Notes under the pieces: generated by a model
What the model saw: only the letters and a program-made list of their open reading frames with translations
What the model was told of the DNA's origin: nothing
Databases searched by the model: none
Shown here: piece by piece, positions 39,782 through 49,924 of the stretch
Layout of the letters: every line of letters begins with the position of its first letter
Numbering within the stretch: position 1 is the stretch's first letter
Made by a program: the position numbers and the translations under genes
Source: an uncultured Desulfosarcina sp.
GTDB lineage: Bacteria > Desulfobacterota > Desulfobacteria > Desulfobacterales > Desulfosarcinaceae
Assembly: GCA_963674945.2 (NCBI GenBank)
Contig: CAXXWQ010000004.1
Location: 1,696,001 to 1,760,000, forward strand
Direction of reading: 5' to 3'
Length of the DNA: 64,000 bases

Positions 39782-40189
39782 ATGCGCCTGTTGTTCTGGT
39801 ACTGCGACCGTTTCGCCTGGAACCCGACCCTGAGAACCCTGTCCAATGCACCCGATGCATCTCCCATGACCCATACAAAGACTGTCGTGGCATTCATCCA
39901 TGTGGAGCCCCGGGATGTGACGGACGGCAGCGCCGCCGAAACCAAGCTGGTGAAAAACGCCAAGTGGCTGGCCAGAAAATGGGATACCCGGCAGGTTATC
40001 CTGCACTCGTTTACCCATCTGGGGGAAGGAAAGGCCGCGCCCGAAGATGCCAAGGCCTTGATCGAACGGGTGCAACAACGATTGGAGAACGCCGGATACG
40101 AAGCGGTGCAGACGCCCTACGGGTATTTCAACGATCTCTCCATCGAGGCGCCCGGCCATCCCCTGGCGAGAATTTACAAGGAATTCTGA
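39782..40189 (+). CDS. Free-standing archaeal-type threonyl-tRNA synthetase editing domain protein
   Basis: MRLLFWYCD, VAFIHVE..D, VILHSFTHL, TPYGYF, GHPLA. Confidence 0.8.
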   Translation: MRLLFWYCDRFAWNPTLRTLSNAPDASPMTHTKTVVAFIHVEPRDVTDGSAAETKLVKNAKWLARKWDTRQVILHSFTHLGEGKAAPEDAKALIERVQQRLENAGYEAVQTPYGYFNDLSIEAPGHPLARIYKEF

Positions 40190-40415
40190 CGATCTGTCCA
40201 AGTGGGCAGGTCACAAGAACCATTCCCAGCGCATGTAAATGCCCTGCCTCCCGCCGAAGGAAAAAAGGCATCTCTTTTCCGGGACCACTCCATCACTCAT
40301 CGTAACACGATAGAATGATTACTCTTTTCCGGTGTCGGTCCAGGCGTAACATGAAAATGTCGGTTGATTTTACATTCGCATTTGTGGTCTTCGATACAAT
40401 TCCACTTGACAGACC

Positions 40416-40449
40416 TTATACATATGTCAAAATTTGGACATATGTATAA
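40416..40449. promoter_or_regulatory. 34-bp palindromic operator upstream of TetR-family gene
   Basis: TTATACATATGTC-AAAATTTG-GACATATGTATAA, just downstream of TTGACA (40406-40411). Confidence 0.75.
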
Positions 40450-40461
40450 ATTTCAAATCGA

Positions 40462-41112
40462 GTGGAAACGATGGCAACCTACGAAACAGGTGTAAAAACC
40501 AGGAATGCACTGATCAACGCTGCAGGGGAACTGGCTGCCCAGAAAGGATTTGCCTCTGTTTCCATCAGGGAAATTGCCGAAAAAGCGAGGCAGAATGTCG
40601 GCAGCATCCATTACCACTTCGGCGGTAAGGGGAAACTCTTTGAATCGGTTGTACGGAAAGTCTTACAAAAATGGAAGGACAAACCGCTCTGCGAATTGCT
40701 CAGGCAATATAAAACGGAATCCCCGGATGGGCAATCGAAAGCCGTTCGCGGTATCATACATCATAACATTGACCTTCTTTTCAAACAGGAAGTTCCGCAA
40801 TGGCACAGCAGGGTCATCTTCCAGGTCATGCGCAAAAAAGGACCGTTGCGGGAAATATTCAAAAAAGAACTGATCATCCCCTCCCATAGCGCCATTTCCA
40901 CGCTATTCAGGAAAATCAAGCCGGAGATGGATGATAAAGAAGCCTTTCTTCGTATACTGGTCATGAACACACCGGTGTTCTTCCATGCAGACCGCATGGA
41001 TTTTCTTTTGGCTGAACTCAAGGAGAAAAGATACAGCGAAGACTATTTGCAGAAAATGGAAGATATTATCGTTTTGCAGACGCAGGTGGCACTGGGCCTG
41101 CCTCCATGTTAA
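40462..41112 (+). CDS. TetR-family regulator (CecR/YbiH-like)
   Basis: LINAAGELAAQKGFASVSIREIAEKA..NVGSIHYHFGGK; start at 40462 or 40471. Confidence 0.92.
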   Translation: METMATYETGVKTRNALINAAGELAAQKGFASVSIREIAEKARQNVGSIHYHFGGKGKLFESVVRKVLQKWKDKPLCELLRQYKTESPDGQSKAVRGIIHHNIDLLFKQEVPQWHSRVIFQVMRKKGPLREIFKKELIIPSHSAISTLFRKIKPEMDDKEAFLRILVMNTPVFFHADRMDFLLAELKEKRYSEDYLQKMEDIIVLQTQVALGLPPC

Positions 41113-41221
41113 CGCCGACAGGAAACAGCATGAAAAAAAGGGATGTTCAGGCAGCCTTATGACACAACCGAAACTGCCATCGAATAAACGTATAGAAATC
41201 GAAAGCGCAAGCGGACGAAAA

Positions 41222-42679
41222 ATGCATTCTGCCGGCAATGGCACTGTTATCGTGCTGATAGTTCTTTCCCATCTCCTTTTTTCAAGCTGCGCGCCTGTGG
41301 GGCCTGACTACAAACCTCCTGAGACAAAACCGCCCTCCGCCTGGAACGCCCAAATGAGACAAGGCCTGTCAACAGAAGCCATGGATCCCGGTCAACTGGC
41401 CCAATGGTGGGAAATCTTTCATGATCCCGTACTGACAGGCCTCGTTCATCAGGCAGTCAACAATAATCTTGACCTGAAACAGGCGGTGGCAAAAGTACGT
41501 GAGGCAAGGGCCAGAAGAGGTATCAGCGAATCACAACGCTATCCGACCCTTGACGCGAGCGGATCTTATAGCAGGAGCAAAAGCAGCGAAAACATCGGAG
41601 GGGGAGCAACAAGAAGCCACTATGAATTCGGTTTCGATGCGGGCTGGGAAATAGATCTCTTCGGAGGAACAAGAAGGTCTATTGAGGCAGCGGAGGCAGA
41701 TCTGGCCGCAAGCCGGGAAAATCTGTGTGACGTCCTCGTATCACTGACCGCTGAAGTCGCCCTGAATTATCTCGATATTCGGACAACACAGAAGAGGCTC
41801 TCTGTCGCCGAGAAGAATCTTTCCGCACAGCAGGAAGCCTTCGAGTTCATCGACTGGCGTTACCAGGCAGGCCTGAGCAATGAACTGGCCCTCCAGCAGG
41901 CCCGCTACAACCTTGAAAGTACGAAAGCGCAGATTCCCCTTTTGCGAAATAGCCTGGAAGAAGCAAAAAACCGGATGGCCGTGCTAACCGGGAAGATACC
42001 CGGCTCTTTGCACGATTTGCTCGAGGCGCCAAGGCCGATACCGGTCATCCCCGAAAGGGTGGCGGTCGGCGTACCCGCCGAGACTCTCAGGCAACGGCCT
42101 GACGTCCGCAGGGCGGAACGCAACCTTGCCGCCCAGACGGCCCGCATCGGCGAAGCCACCGCACAACTGTACCCCAAGTTCCGCCTTTCGGGTTCCATCG
42201 GTCTGGAAGCATTGGAATCCAGCGACCTTTTCAAATCCGGCAGTGATACCTGGAGCATCGTGCCGGGTGTCTCCTGGAACCTTTTCGATGCCGGCGCCAT
42301 CAGGCAGAATATTGAAGTGCAAAACGCCGTTCAGGAACAATACCTGCTCGCCTACGAATCGACTCTTCTGGGAGCCCTGGAAGAGGTGGAAAACGCCCTT
42401 ACCGCCTACGCCGAAGAACAATTGCGCCGTGAGAGGCTTGTGGAAGCAGTTGATGCCGCCCGTCAGGCAGAAATACTATCCGGACAGCAATATACGGCAG
42501 GGCTGACGGATTTCACGACTGTACTCGATGCGCAGCGTTCCCTGCTCTCTTTTGATGACCAGCTGGCCCAAAGCGATGGATCCGTCACCTCCAACCTCAT
42601 CCGGTTGTATAAAGCGCTTGGCGGAGGGTGGAGTTCAAACGCTGAAGGGAATTTTCGGATAGAGGACAATCAGAAATGA
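41222..42679 (+). CDS. Efflux outer-membrane lipoprotein (NodT/OprM family)
   Basis: Lipobox FSSC-APVGPDY, WW..F.DP.L, WEIDLFG, RPDVR.AE, LYKALGGGW; start uncertain (41159 alternative). Confidence 0.93.
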   Translation: MHSAGNGTVIVLIVLSHLLFSSCAPVGPDYKPPETKPPSAWNAQMRQGLSTEAMDPGQLAQWWEIFHDPVLTGLVHQAVNNNLDLKQAVAKVREARARRGISESQRYPTLDASGSYSRSKSSENIGGGATRSHYEFGFDAGWEIDLFGGTRRSIEAAEADLAASRENLCDVLVSLTAEVALNYLDIRTTQKRLSVAEKNLSAQQEAFEFIDWRYQAGLSNELALQQARYNLESTKAQIPLLRNSLEEAKNRMAVLTGKIPGSLHDLLEAPRPIPVIPERVAVGVPAETLRQRPDVRRAERNLAAQTARIGEATAQLYPKFRLSGSIGLEALESSDLFKSGSDTWSIVPGVSWNLFDAGAIRQNIEVQNAVQEQYLLAYESTLLGALEEVENALTAYAEEQLRRERLVEAVDAARQAEILSGQQYTAGLTDFTTVLDAQRSLLSFDDQLAQSDGSVTSNLIRLYKALGGGWSSNAEGNFRIEDNQK

Positions 42680-43971
42680 GCAATATGGAGACAAAAGGCA
42701 GATCAGACCTTGAACAAATTTTGAACGCTGAGGGTAAGAAAAGGCGCGGATACCTGAAACACCTGACGATCTGGCCAATCATCCTTCTTCTGGTATTTTT
42801 TGCATGGTACAAATGGTTTGGGAACAAAAACGGATCAGCAACACAGTACATAACCATGGAGGCGCAACGAGGGGATCTGACGGTCACGGTCACCGCCACC
42901 GGTAACCTGGAGCCCACCAACCAGGTCGATGTCGGCACGGAAGTTTCGGGAACGATCGCCTCCGTGGAAGTCGACTACAATGATGTCGTCAAGGCAGGCC
43001 AGGTGCTGGCACGATTGGATACGACCATGCTCGAGGCCCAGGTGAACCAATCTTGTTCCGCCGTGGAATCATCCCGATCAAACTTGCTGCTTGCCCAGGC
43101 CGGCCTTCTTGAAGCCGAGAGTGAAATGGGAAGACTGGCCCGTGTCCGTCAACTCAGCGGTGGAAAGATTCCTTCGCAACAGGATTTCGATGTGGCAGAT
43201 GCGGCGCTCAAAAAAGCCCAGGCGACCGTGGCCATGGTAAAGGCGAATATCGCCCAGGCGGAGGCAAAACGCAGAATTGATCAGACCAACCTGGAAAAAG
43301 CCACCATTTTCTCCCCGATAAACGGCATGGTTCTGAAAAGAAGCGTTGAAAAGGGTCAGACCGTGGCCGCTTCGCTGCAGGCACCGGTTCTTTTCACCCT
43401 GGCGGAAGACCTGACCAAGATGGAACTCCATGTTGATGTGGATGAAGCAGATGTAGGCAAAGTCATGGAAGGCCAGCAGGCGATTTTTACGGTGGACGCC
43501 TATCCGGAGCGTACTTTTCCCGCCCATATCACCCAGGTCCGTTACGGTTCAGAAACAACCGAAGGTGTGGTCACCTACCCGACAGTCCTCAACGTGGACA
43601 ATTCAGATCTTTCCCTGCGGCCGGGCATGACGGCTACGGCGGATATCGTGGTCAAAGAAATCAAGGATGCCTTGCTGGTACCAAATTCCGCCCTGCGTTT
43701 CACACCATCGTCAAGGGAAGAAGAAGAAATCGATACGCAGGGCGGTAGCCTCCTCAGCAAGCTCTTCCCACGCCCTCGCCGTTCAAGATCGAAGAAAGGG
43801 AATCAAAGCGGCAATCATAAAAGAAATAAGGTATGGACACTGCGAGACAACCGGCCCGTTGCCATAGAGATCGTTGCAGGGGCGACCAGCGGAATGATGA
43901 CCGAGGTCACCGGTGGTGAAGTGACACCTGGCATGCCTTTGATTGTTGAAGCAATAAACAAGAAAAGATAA
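42676..43971 (+). CDS. MacA-like periplasmic adaptor subunit
   Basis: ATGNLEP..VDVGTEVSG, I.SPING.V, GQTVAASLQAP, VDEAD, LRPGMTA. Confidence 0.93.
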   Translation: MSNMETKGRSDLEQILNAEGKKRRGYLKHLTIWPIILLLVFFAWYKWFGNKNGSATQYITMEAQRGDLTVTVTATGNLEPTNQVDVGTEVSGTIASVEVDYNDVVKAGQVLARLDTTMLEAQVNQSCSAVESSRSNLLLAQAGLLEAESEMGRLARVRQLSGGKIPSQQDFDVADAALKKAQATVAMVKANIAQAEAKRRIDQTNLEKATIFSPINGMVLKRSVEKGQTVAASLQAPVLFTLAEDLTKMELHVDVDEADVGKVMEGQQAIFTVDAYPERTFPAHITQVRYGSETTEGVVTYPTVLNVDNSDLSLRPGMTATADIVVKEIKDALLVPNSALRFTPSSREEEEIDTQGGSLLSKLFPRPRRSRSKKGNQSGNHKRNKVWTLRDNRPVAIEIVAGATSGMMTEVTGGEVTPGMPLIVEAINKKR

Positions 43972-43974
43972 CTT

Positions 43975-44697
43975 ATGACGGAACCGATAGACTCCGAACA
44001 TCCACTCCTTGTTGAACTTACAGGCATAGTGAAAGTGTATGGCAGCGGCACCGCTGCCATGAAAGCCCTGCAGGGCATTGACCTTGCCATCAATGAGGGT
44101 GATTTTGTGGCGGTCATGGGACCGAGCGGCTCTGGGAAATCCACATGCATGAACATCCTGGGCTGCCTCGACACCCCGACGCATGGCAGATACCTGTTCA
44201 ATGATGTCGAGGTCGGCTATCTGACGAGGAATCAGAGGGCATTTTTGCGCCGTCATTACCTTGGTTTCGTGTTTCAGGGATTTAACCTGCTGAACCGCAC
44301 CACTGCTCTGGAAAACGTCGAACTGCCTCTCATCTACCGACGAATTAAAAAAGATGAACGCCGTCGGCGTGCCGGAAAAGCACTGGCCGCAGTGGGCCTA
44401 TCCGGCTGGGAGCATCACACCCCGGGAGAACTTTCCGGCGGGCAGCAGCAGCGGGTTGCGATTGCTCGTGCCATCGTCACCGAACCGGCTCTGCTCCTTG
44501 CCGATGAACCCACAGGTAACCTGGATACGTCACGCAGCATTGAAATCATGCAACTTTTGACCGAATTGAATCAAAATCGTGGGATTACAATTGTCATGGT
44601 CACCCACGAACACGAAATGGCAAGCTTTGCCAGGCGGATCGTGCAGTTCCGGGATGGTCTGGTTGAGGTTGACCAGGCAAACGAAGGAATGATGTGA
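43975..44697 (+). CDS. ABC transporter ATP-binding protein (MacB/LolD type)
   Basis: [31 protein letters not shown]. Confidence 0.96.
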   Translation: MTEPIDSEHPLLVELTGIVKVYGSGTAAMKALQGIDLAINEGDFVAVMGPSGSGKSTCMNILGCLDTPTHGRYLFNDVEVGYLTRNQRAFLRRHYLGFVFQGFNLLNRTTALENVELPLIYRRIKKDERRRRAGKALAAVGLSGWEHHTPGELSGGQQQRVAIARAIVTEPALLLADEPTGNLDTSRSIEIMQLLTELNQNRGITIVMVTHEHEMASFARRIVQFRDGLVEVDQANEGMM

Positions 44698-45902
44698 TGT
44701 TTTCCAACACGTTTCTTCTTGCGCTGCGAGAAATCCGGCGCAATGTCCTGCGCTCCTTTTTGACCATTCTCGGTATCGTCATCGGCGTGGCAGCGGTGAT
44801 CATCATGGTCACCATCGGAGCCGGTGCAACGGCCCAGGTAACGGAACAGATTGCCAGTTTGGGCAGTAACCTCTTGATGGTAAGGACCGGGCAACGCATG
44901 GGACCGGGCCAACCATCCGGCGCGCCTCCATTTGATCTGGCCGACGCCCAGGCAATATTCCACGAAATCCCTGCCGTTGCGGGTGTTGCCCCCTCATCAT
45001 CCCAAAGAGTCACTGCCGTGTTCGGTAACGCCAATTGGGCGACAACGGTTATGGGTGTTGACAACCAGTTTTTCACGGTCCGCAACTGGACCATTCGGTC
45101 AGGACGACAATTTCAGGAGACGGAGCTGCGTTCCGGCAAGGCAGTGTGTATCATCGGGGCGACAATTGCCAAGGAACTTTACGGAGCCCAGGACCCTTTG
45201 GGCAACAAGATACGCCTGGGAAAATTCTCCTGTGAAGTGACGGGCCTGCTCCAAGCCAAGGGACAGTCCACGTTCGGATCAGACCAGGACGATCTCATCC
45301 TGATACCGCTTCGCACCTTCCAACGGCGGATCGCCGGCAATCAGGATATCAGGCTGATCCAGGTATCGGTAGCGGAAGACAGGTCAACGGACAAGGTAAA
45401 AAGCGATATCGAAGAACTGCTTCGTGAACGCCGTCATATCATCGGCTCAAAAGACGACGATTTCCAGGTAATGGACATGAAGGAAATCACCAGGATGCTC
45501 ACCGGAACCACCCACATACTGACAAGTCTTCTCGGAGCCGTGGCCGCCGTCAGCCTACTTGTGGGAGGCATCGGGATCATGAATATCATGCTGGTGTCGG
45601 TAACGGAAAGGACAAGGGAAATCGGCATCCGCATGGCAATCGGAGCCCTGGAACGGGAAGTGTTGCTTCAGTTTCTGGTGGAGGCAATGGTGCTCTCATC
45701 TTTCGGAGGACTGATCGGCATCCTGTTCGCCGTTGCCAGTTCGGTAGGTCTTGCCAGACTGCTGAAGATTCCCTTTGTCTTCAATCCCGGCATAATACTC
45801 ATCGCTTTTCTCTTTTCCGCCGCCGTGGGCGTCGTTTTCGGTTTTTTCCCGGCCAGGAAAGCGGCACAGCTTGATCCGATCGATGCGCTGCGACATGAAT
45901 AG
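44694..45902 (+). CDS. ABC permease (MacB/FtsX type)
   Basis: RSFLTILGIVIGVAAV, GGIGIMNIMLVSVTERTREIG, PARKAAQLDPIDALR. Confidence 0.95.
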   Translation: MMFSNTFLLALREIRRNVLRSFLTILGIVIGVAAVIIMVTIGAGATAQVTEQIASLGSNLLMVRTGQRMGPGQPSGAPPFDLADAQAIFHEIPAVAGVAPSSSQRVTAVFGNANWATTVMGVDNQFFTVRNWTIRSGRQFQETELRSGKAVCIIGATIAKELYGAQDPLGNKIRLGKFSCEVTGLLQAKGQSTFGSDQDDLILIPLRTFQRRIAGNQDIRLIQVSVAEDRSTDKVKSDIEELLRERRHIIGSKDDDFQVMDMKEITRMLTGTTHILTSLLGAVAAVSLLVGGIGIMNIMLVSVTERTREIGIRMAIGALEREVLLQFLVEAMVLSSFGGLIGILFAVASSVGLARLLKIPFVFNPGIILIAFLFSAAVGVVFGFFPARKAAQLDPIDALRHE

Positions 45903-46886
45903 TCAGGGCTGACTCGACAGCAACTCGAAAACGCGATTGGGCAGCTGTGCGTTGATTTCATCCCTGACCCTGGAAGGGAGCATGCCTTCTTCCGTGGAGG
46001 AGACCTTGATCGGCCAGCGCTTTTTGGCCAGTACCCGGTTGCCGTCGCGAAAAATCAGTTCATGGGAGCCCCGCTGCCAGAACCAGCCCTGGCGGGATTC
46101 GACCGGGGCGGTATCCAGGCTGCCGGACAACACCAGGTTGGAACCGGTGACGACGTGGACCCCGAGTTGCGCCAGTGCGCGCTGTATCTCGGCACGAATC
46201 GAGTCGTCTGCCGCGTCCACCGAGACCTCCAGACTGGCCAGGGCGTCCCGCACCAATTTTTCCACCGCCGGCAGATCGTATCGGCCCTCGATGCCGTGGC
46301 CGTCCGCCACCACCATCAGGTTGCGGTTGAGTTCCTCCCGGTGGATCTGCTGCTCGCGGGCGCGCTTCAGGGCGGTTAGCGCGGAGACCGGGGAGTCGGC
46401 GGTGTGGCTGGCGTAATCGATCAGCTGCGTCACATCGCGGTCGGCGGTGAGAATGGCACTTCGAAACCGGCTCGCGGCGGCCTGTTTGTTCAGGGTTGCC
46501 AGGGCGTACACGCGGCCGTCCGGCGCGGTCCAGGATTCTGCGATGGTGGCGCCTTCCACCACCTTGCGCGCTTCGACGCTGATACTGCGGCTGACCTTTT
46601 GTTCATTGACCGTCTGCTGACCATCGCCGGAGGAGCTGATTTGCGCACTGCTGAAATCCATTGTGGTGTCGGACACCGCCACCTCGAAAACCCTGGCGAG
46701 ATTGGCGAAGGCGCGATCGGTGGCGGTCTGCCGGCTGTCGCCGGAACCGGTCCCGGTCAGGTAGGTGGCGGCGGGATAGGCGGATTGCGGGGCGTCAATC
46801 CACTGCGGAGGCTGGTTTTGGCCGGCACAGGCGGCGAATAATGTGCCCAGAAGACAGGTCAGGCAGATTTTTTTGCACAGGTTCAT
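45903..46886 (-). CDS. LPP20-like lipoprotein
   Basis: Lipobox FAAC, PQWI..P...YLTGTG...A..RA.ANLA. Confidence 0.75.
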   Translation of the reverse strand: MNLCKKICLTCLLGTLFAACAGQNQPPQWIDAPQSAYPAATYLTGTGSGDSRQTATDRAFANLARVFEVAVSDTTMDFSSAQISSSGDGQQTVNEQKVSRSISVEARKVVEGATIAESWTAPDGRVYALATLNKQAAASRFRSAILTADRDVTQLIDYASHTADSPVSALTALKRAREQQIHREELNRNLMVVADGHGIEGRYDLPAVEKLVRDALASLEVSVDAADDSIRAEIQRALAQLGVHVVTGSNLVLSGSLDTAPVESRQGWFWQRGSHELIFRDGNRVLAKKRWPIKVSSTEEGMLPSRVRDEINAQLPNRVFELLSSQP

Positions 46887-46952
46887 CGTTCATCTCCTTA
46901 CGATACCTTGCGGTTTATGTGCATCGTCTCGGCGATGCCTCTCCTTCCCATA

Positions 46953-48206
46953 TCAGGGATAGCTGAAAACAGCGGGGCTGAAACTGGAGGCAAAGAGCAC
47001 CACAAAATTGCCGCGGGCGTCGTCGGGACGCTGATAGTGAAAATTCTTGGCCGGAATCGAGAGCCGGCCGGTAAGTGGCGCGGTTGCCCTTGCCACCTGT
47101 ATATAGGCCGGCAGCATATTCCAGCTTCGCAGATCGGCCTGTTCCGTCGCCACGGTGAGGATATTGACCAGCACGCCGGCGAGTTCATTCTGGTCCTGGG
47201 CCTCCTGGACCATTTTGTATTTGGCCACCGCCCTTGCCACCGCCGTCGCCAGGATAGCGGCATAATCCTTATCCAGGTCCTGGCGCACACGCCGTTCCAC
47301 GTTTTCGATCACCCGGGTCTGCAAGTTGTTGTCATCCACCTGCCAGTTCAGGGACTGGGGCGCCGACCGGACCTGCGGATACATGGGCATCACCACACTG
47401 ATCATGGTGTCCATGTCCCGGTTGAACAACGACAGTCGCGTCTCGGTCTTCTGGCTTACCACGCCGTCGAAATAGAAGACGATCCACTGGCCCTGCCCCG
47501 CCGTCGGCAGCTGCGCATTGCGGTCGAACTGTCTTTCGTATTTCGCATATTCTTCATCGAAGCCCTGGCTGCGGGTCAGGTTCAAAAGGCTTGTCTGGAG
47601 GGCGGGTGGGATGGACTCGTCGCGCTCGGTCATAATCGCGTAAGCCTTGCGATAGCTGATCAGGGCGTCGTCGCGCTCCCCCGCCATTTCATAGATCAGT
47701 CCGGCGAGAAAACGCGCGCTTGCCAGGTGTCCGTAGGCGTCGTCACCCTCGTAGTCGCCCATGGTGACATCCGCCTGCAGTACTTCGACACGGGCCCCGT
47801 CGAGGTCGCCGCCAAGCAGGTAACAAAGGGCCAGCGCCACATGTACCAGCACGTGATCGCTTGCGCTGCCCGCGTAGCTGCGCAGGGTTTCATTGGCGGT
47901 GACGGCGGCGAGATTTTCGGTGACGCTGACGGCGTCCAGCGCCGCCATGGCCTCTTTGGCCTGCTGCAAATCCTGGCGGCCACCGTCGAAATCTCCGGTA
48001 TACAGTTTCAGCAGTCCGCTGTCGAGGAGGTACTGGACGCGGTCGCGCGCGGGGGGGGTGATGGCCGCGAGTTTCGCCAGCGTCTCTTGCGGCCCCGCGG
48101 CGGGAAGGTTCTGCGCCACCTGGTTTACCTCCCAGGCGGCACAACCGCCGAGAAGAAACAGGGCCACGCTTACCAATACGCCCGTGCAGACACGCAGCTC
48201 AGTCAT
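46953..48206 (-). CDS. COG3014-like TPR lipoprotein
   Basis: Lipobox LGGC, ADLRSWNMLP motif; adjacent to lpoB-like gene. Confidence 0.75.
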   Translation of the reverse strand: MTELRVCTGVLVSVALFLLGGCAAWEVNQVAQNLPAAGPQETLAKLAAITPPARDRVQYLLDSGLLKLYTGDFDGGRQDLQQAKEAMAALDAVSVTENLAAVTANETLRSYAGSASDHVLVHVALALCYLLGGDLDGARVEVLQADVTMGDYEGDDAYGHLASARFLAGLIYEMAGERDDALISYRKAYAIMTERDESIPPALQTSLLNLTRSQGFDEEYAKYERQFDRNAQLPTAGQGQWIVFYFDGVVSQKTETRLSLFNRDMDTMISVVMPMYPQVRSAPQSLNWQVDDNNLQTRVIENVERRVRQDLDKDYAAILATAVARAVAKYKMVQEAQDQNELAGVLVNILTVATEQADLRSWNMLPAYIQVARATAPLTGRLSIPAKNFHYQRPDDARGNFVVLFASSFSPAVFSYP

Positions 48207-48221
48207 CTCCGGGGCGATTGG

Positions 48222-48809
48222 TTAAAAACGCAGCTTGGCGTTTTTTACCACTTTTTTGATTTTCTTCTGGCCAATCCAGACCTTGCGGTTGTCGGCCATG
48301 CTGATCAGGGTCAGATCCACCTGGTAGTAGCGCACCTGCTCTTTGCCCTCCTTGTCGATGATGGTGTTGATCTGGCCCTGCATCATGAAATCTGCCCCCA
48401 GCTCCCGGCCGGCGGCGTTTCGTGTATCCTCCCGGGCGTTGAGATCCTGGTCCTTGCGCTCGTCACGGATCTCACCGCGCTCATCGCTGGAGGCAACGAA
48501 ATCGACGCTTCCCGAATTGATCAGGGCGCGCTCGATATCGGAGACAAAGGTTTTCACGTTGATGTGCTCGTGGCTCAGGTTGCGCACGGTACCGACGATA
48601 ACCGCAGGCCGCTTCCCGGTGCGCGACCGGTAGTCACCGATCCAGGGGCGTGACAGCGCGTCCTGGACCATCTCTTCTGAGACCAGCCTGGAGTCGGTGT
48701 CGTTCCAGGCGCCGCTCAAATCGATGGTTTCGTCGGGAGCTACCCTTTCTACCGATGTGCTGCAAGCGGCCAATAACAGGGCGCTCGCCACAATGATCCA
48801 TACCCGCAT
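48222..48809 (-). CDS. lpoB: Penicillin-binding protein activator LpoB-like lipoprotein
   Basis: Lipobox LAAC, DLSGAWNDTD, VRNLSHEHI, LGADF, YYQVDL...W..QKKIKK. Confidence 0.82.
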   Translation of the reverse strand: MRVWIIVASALLLAACSTSVERVAPDETIDLSGAWNDTDSRLVSEEMVQDALSRPWIGDYRSRTGKRPAVIVGTVRNLSHEHINVKTFVSDIERALINSGSVDFVASSDERGEIRDERKDQDLNAREDTRNAAGRELGADFMMQGQINTIIDKEGKEQVRYYQVDLTLISMADNRKVWIGQKKIKKVVKNAKLRF

Positions 48810-48823
48810 AGGTATAACCCTTT

Positions 48824-49375
48824 TCAGTTTTCGCTTTTCAGAAAACGGCGGAAGTTCGCCGTTGCGTTATTTTCGTAATACTGCCTGAAATTCTCGGACA
48901 GCTTGGCGGCGCTTGCGATCGCATCATCCAGGGTCTTCATGTCCATCTCGGCAAAAGAATGGATATTGCCGCTGCGCGGATCACGCCAGCGGCCCTTGAT
49001 TTTGGCACCGTTCAGCACGGTCTGGGTGCTGCTTTTAATGGACTGCTCGATGCTGCTGGTGGTGCTTTCGCCACTGGCGGCGGCGTAGTCGCTCAGGGTG
49101 CTGTCGACATAGGTGGAGACGATTTTCGCCAACTCGGCACGGGCGCGGCTGTCGGCAGTGGAGCGTTGCAGGGACTCGTCGTTCATCGGCGGTGCCATGG
49201 CGACACCGTAGAGGTAGCGGCCATTGGGATTGTCCACCGCCTGGGTACCTTCGTTCACCCAGTCCGGAGCACCCTTGATTCCCAAATCGCTTTCTATGGT
49301 CGGGGCGCCGCCACAGGCGGTGAGAAGCACCAGTAAAAGACCGGTGATGATTCCAAAAACAGGGCGAATAATCAT
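48824..49375 (-). CDS. LPP20-like lipoprotein
   Basis: Lipobox LTAC, APDWV, AD.RARAELAK. Confidence 0.75.
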   Translation of the reverse strand: MIIRPVFGIITGLLLVLLTACGGAPTIESDLGIKGAPDWVNEGTQAVDNPNGRYLYGVAMAPPMNDESLQRSTADSRARAELAKIVSTYVDSTLSDYAAASGESTTSSIEQSIKSSTQTVLNGAKIKGRWRDPRSGNIHSFAEMDMKTLDDAIASAAKLSENFRQYYENNATANFRRFLKSEN

Positions 49376-49924
49376 GGTTGACTCCTTTTGCAGCCGCCTG
49401 GTGCCTGACAGGCGATACGACAGAAACTTGCTTTTCGGGAATCAGTATATCGTAATCTCACCATAGAATGTCAAGGTTAAATCGCCACAATATGTCGTAC
49501 CTGCCGCTGTAAAAAAGGCGGCGGGTTGAATAAAGGCCCTATTTTCCCACGGGGGTATTTCGACTCAATTTTGCTGAAAGGGAGTTCTTTTTTCGTTTTT
49601 GGGGGTATCGTGAAGGGATCGGTTGTAACGAGAAGTATCTGACCAGACTAGGGTATTACGCGATTCAGGAAGAACTTGCGTATTTTCATGATTAGAAAAA
49701 GGAAAGTATCAGACCCGCTGATCGGCAACAATCCGCCCGCCCACATGAAACACTCCTTCCAGGCGTCGGTCAACAGCTCCCGATGATTGTTGAGAATTTT
49801 CGCCACGTCTCATCCTTCTTCGCGCCTTAGCGTCTTCGCGTGAGACCCTCTTTTTTTCCGGCGCCTTTTTATGTCCCCTCAAAATAATTTCTCGATTATT
49901 TTAAAAGCGAAAATTGCGCGAGTC

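Noticed and set aside
46908..48653. 581-aa plus-strand ORF
   Set aside because: Antisense to the clearly coding lipoprotein genes.
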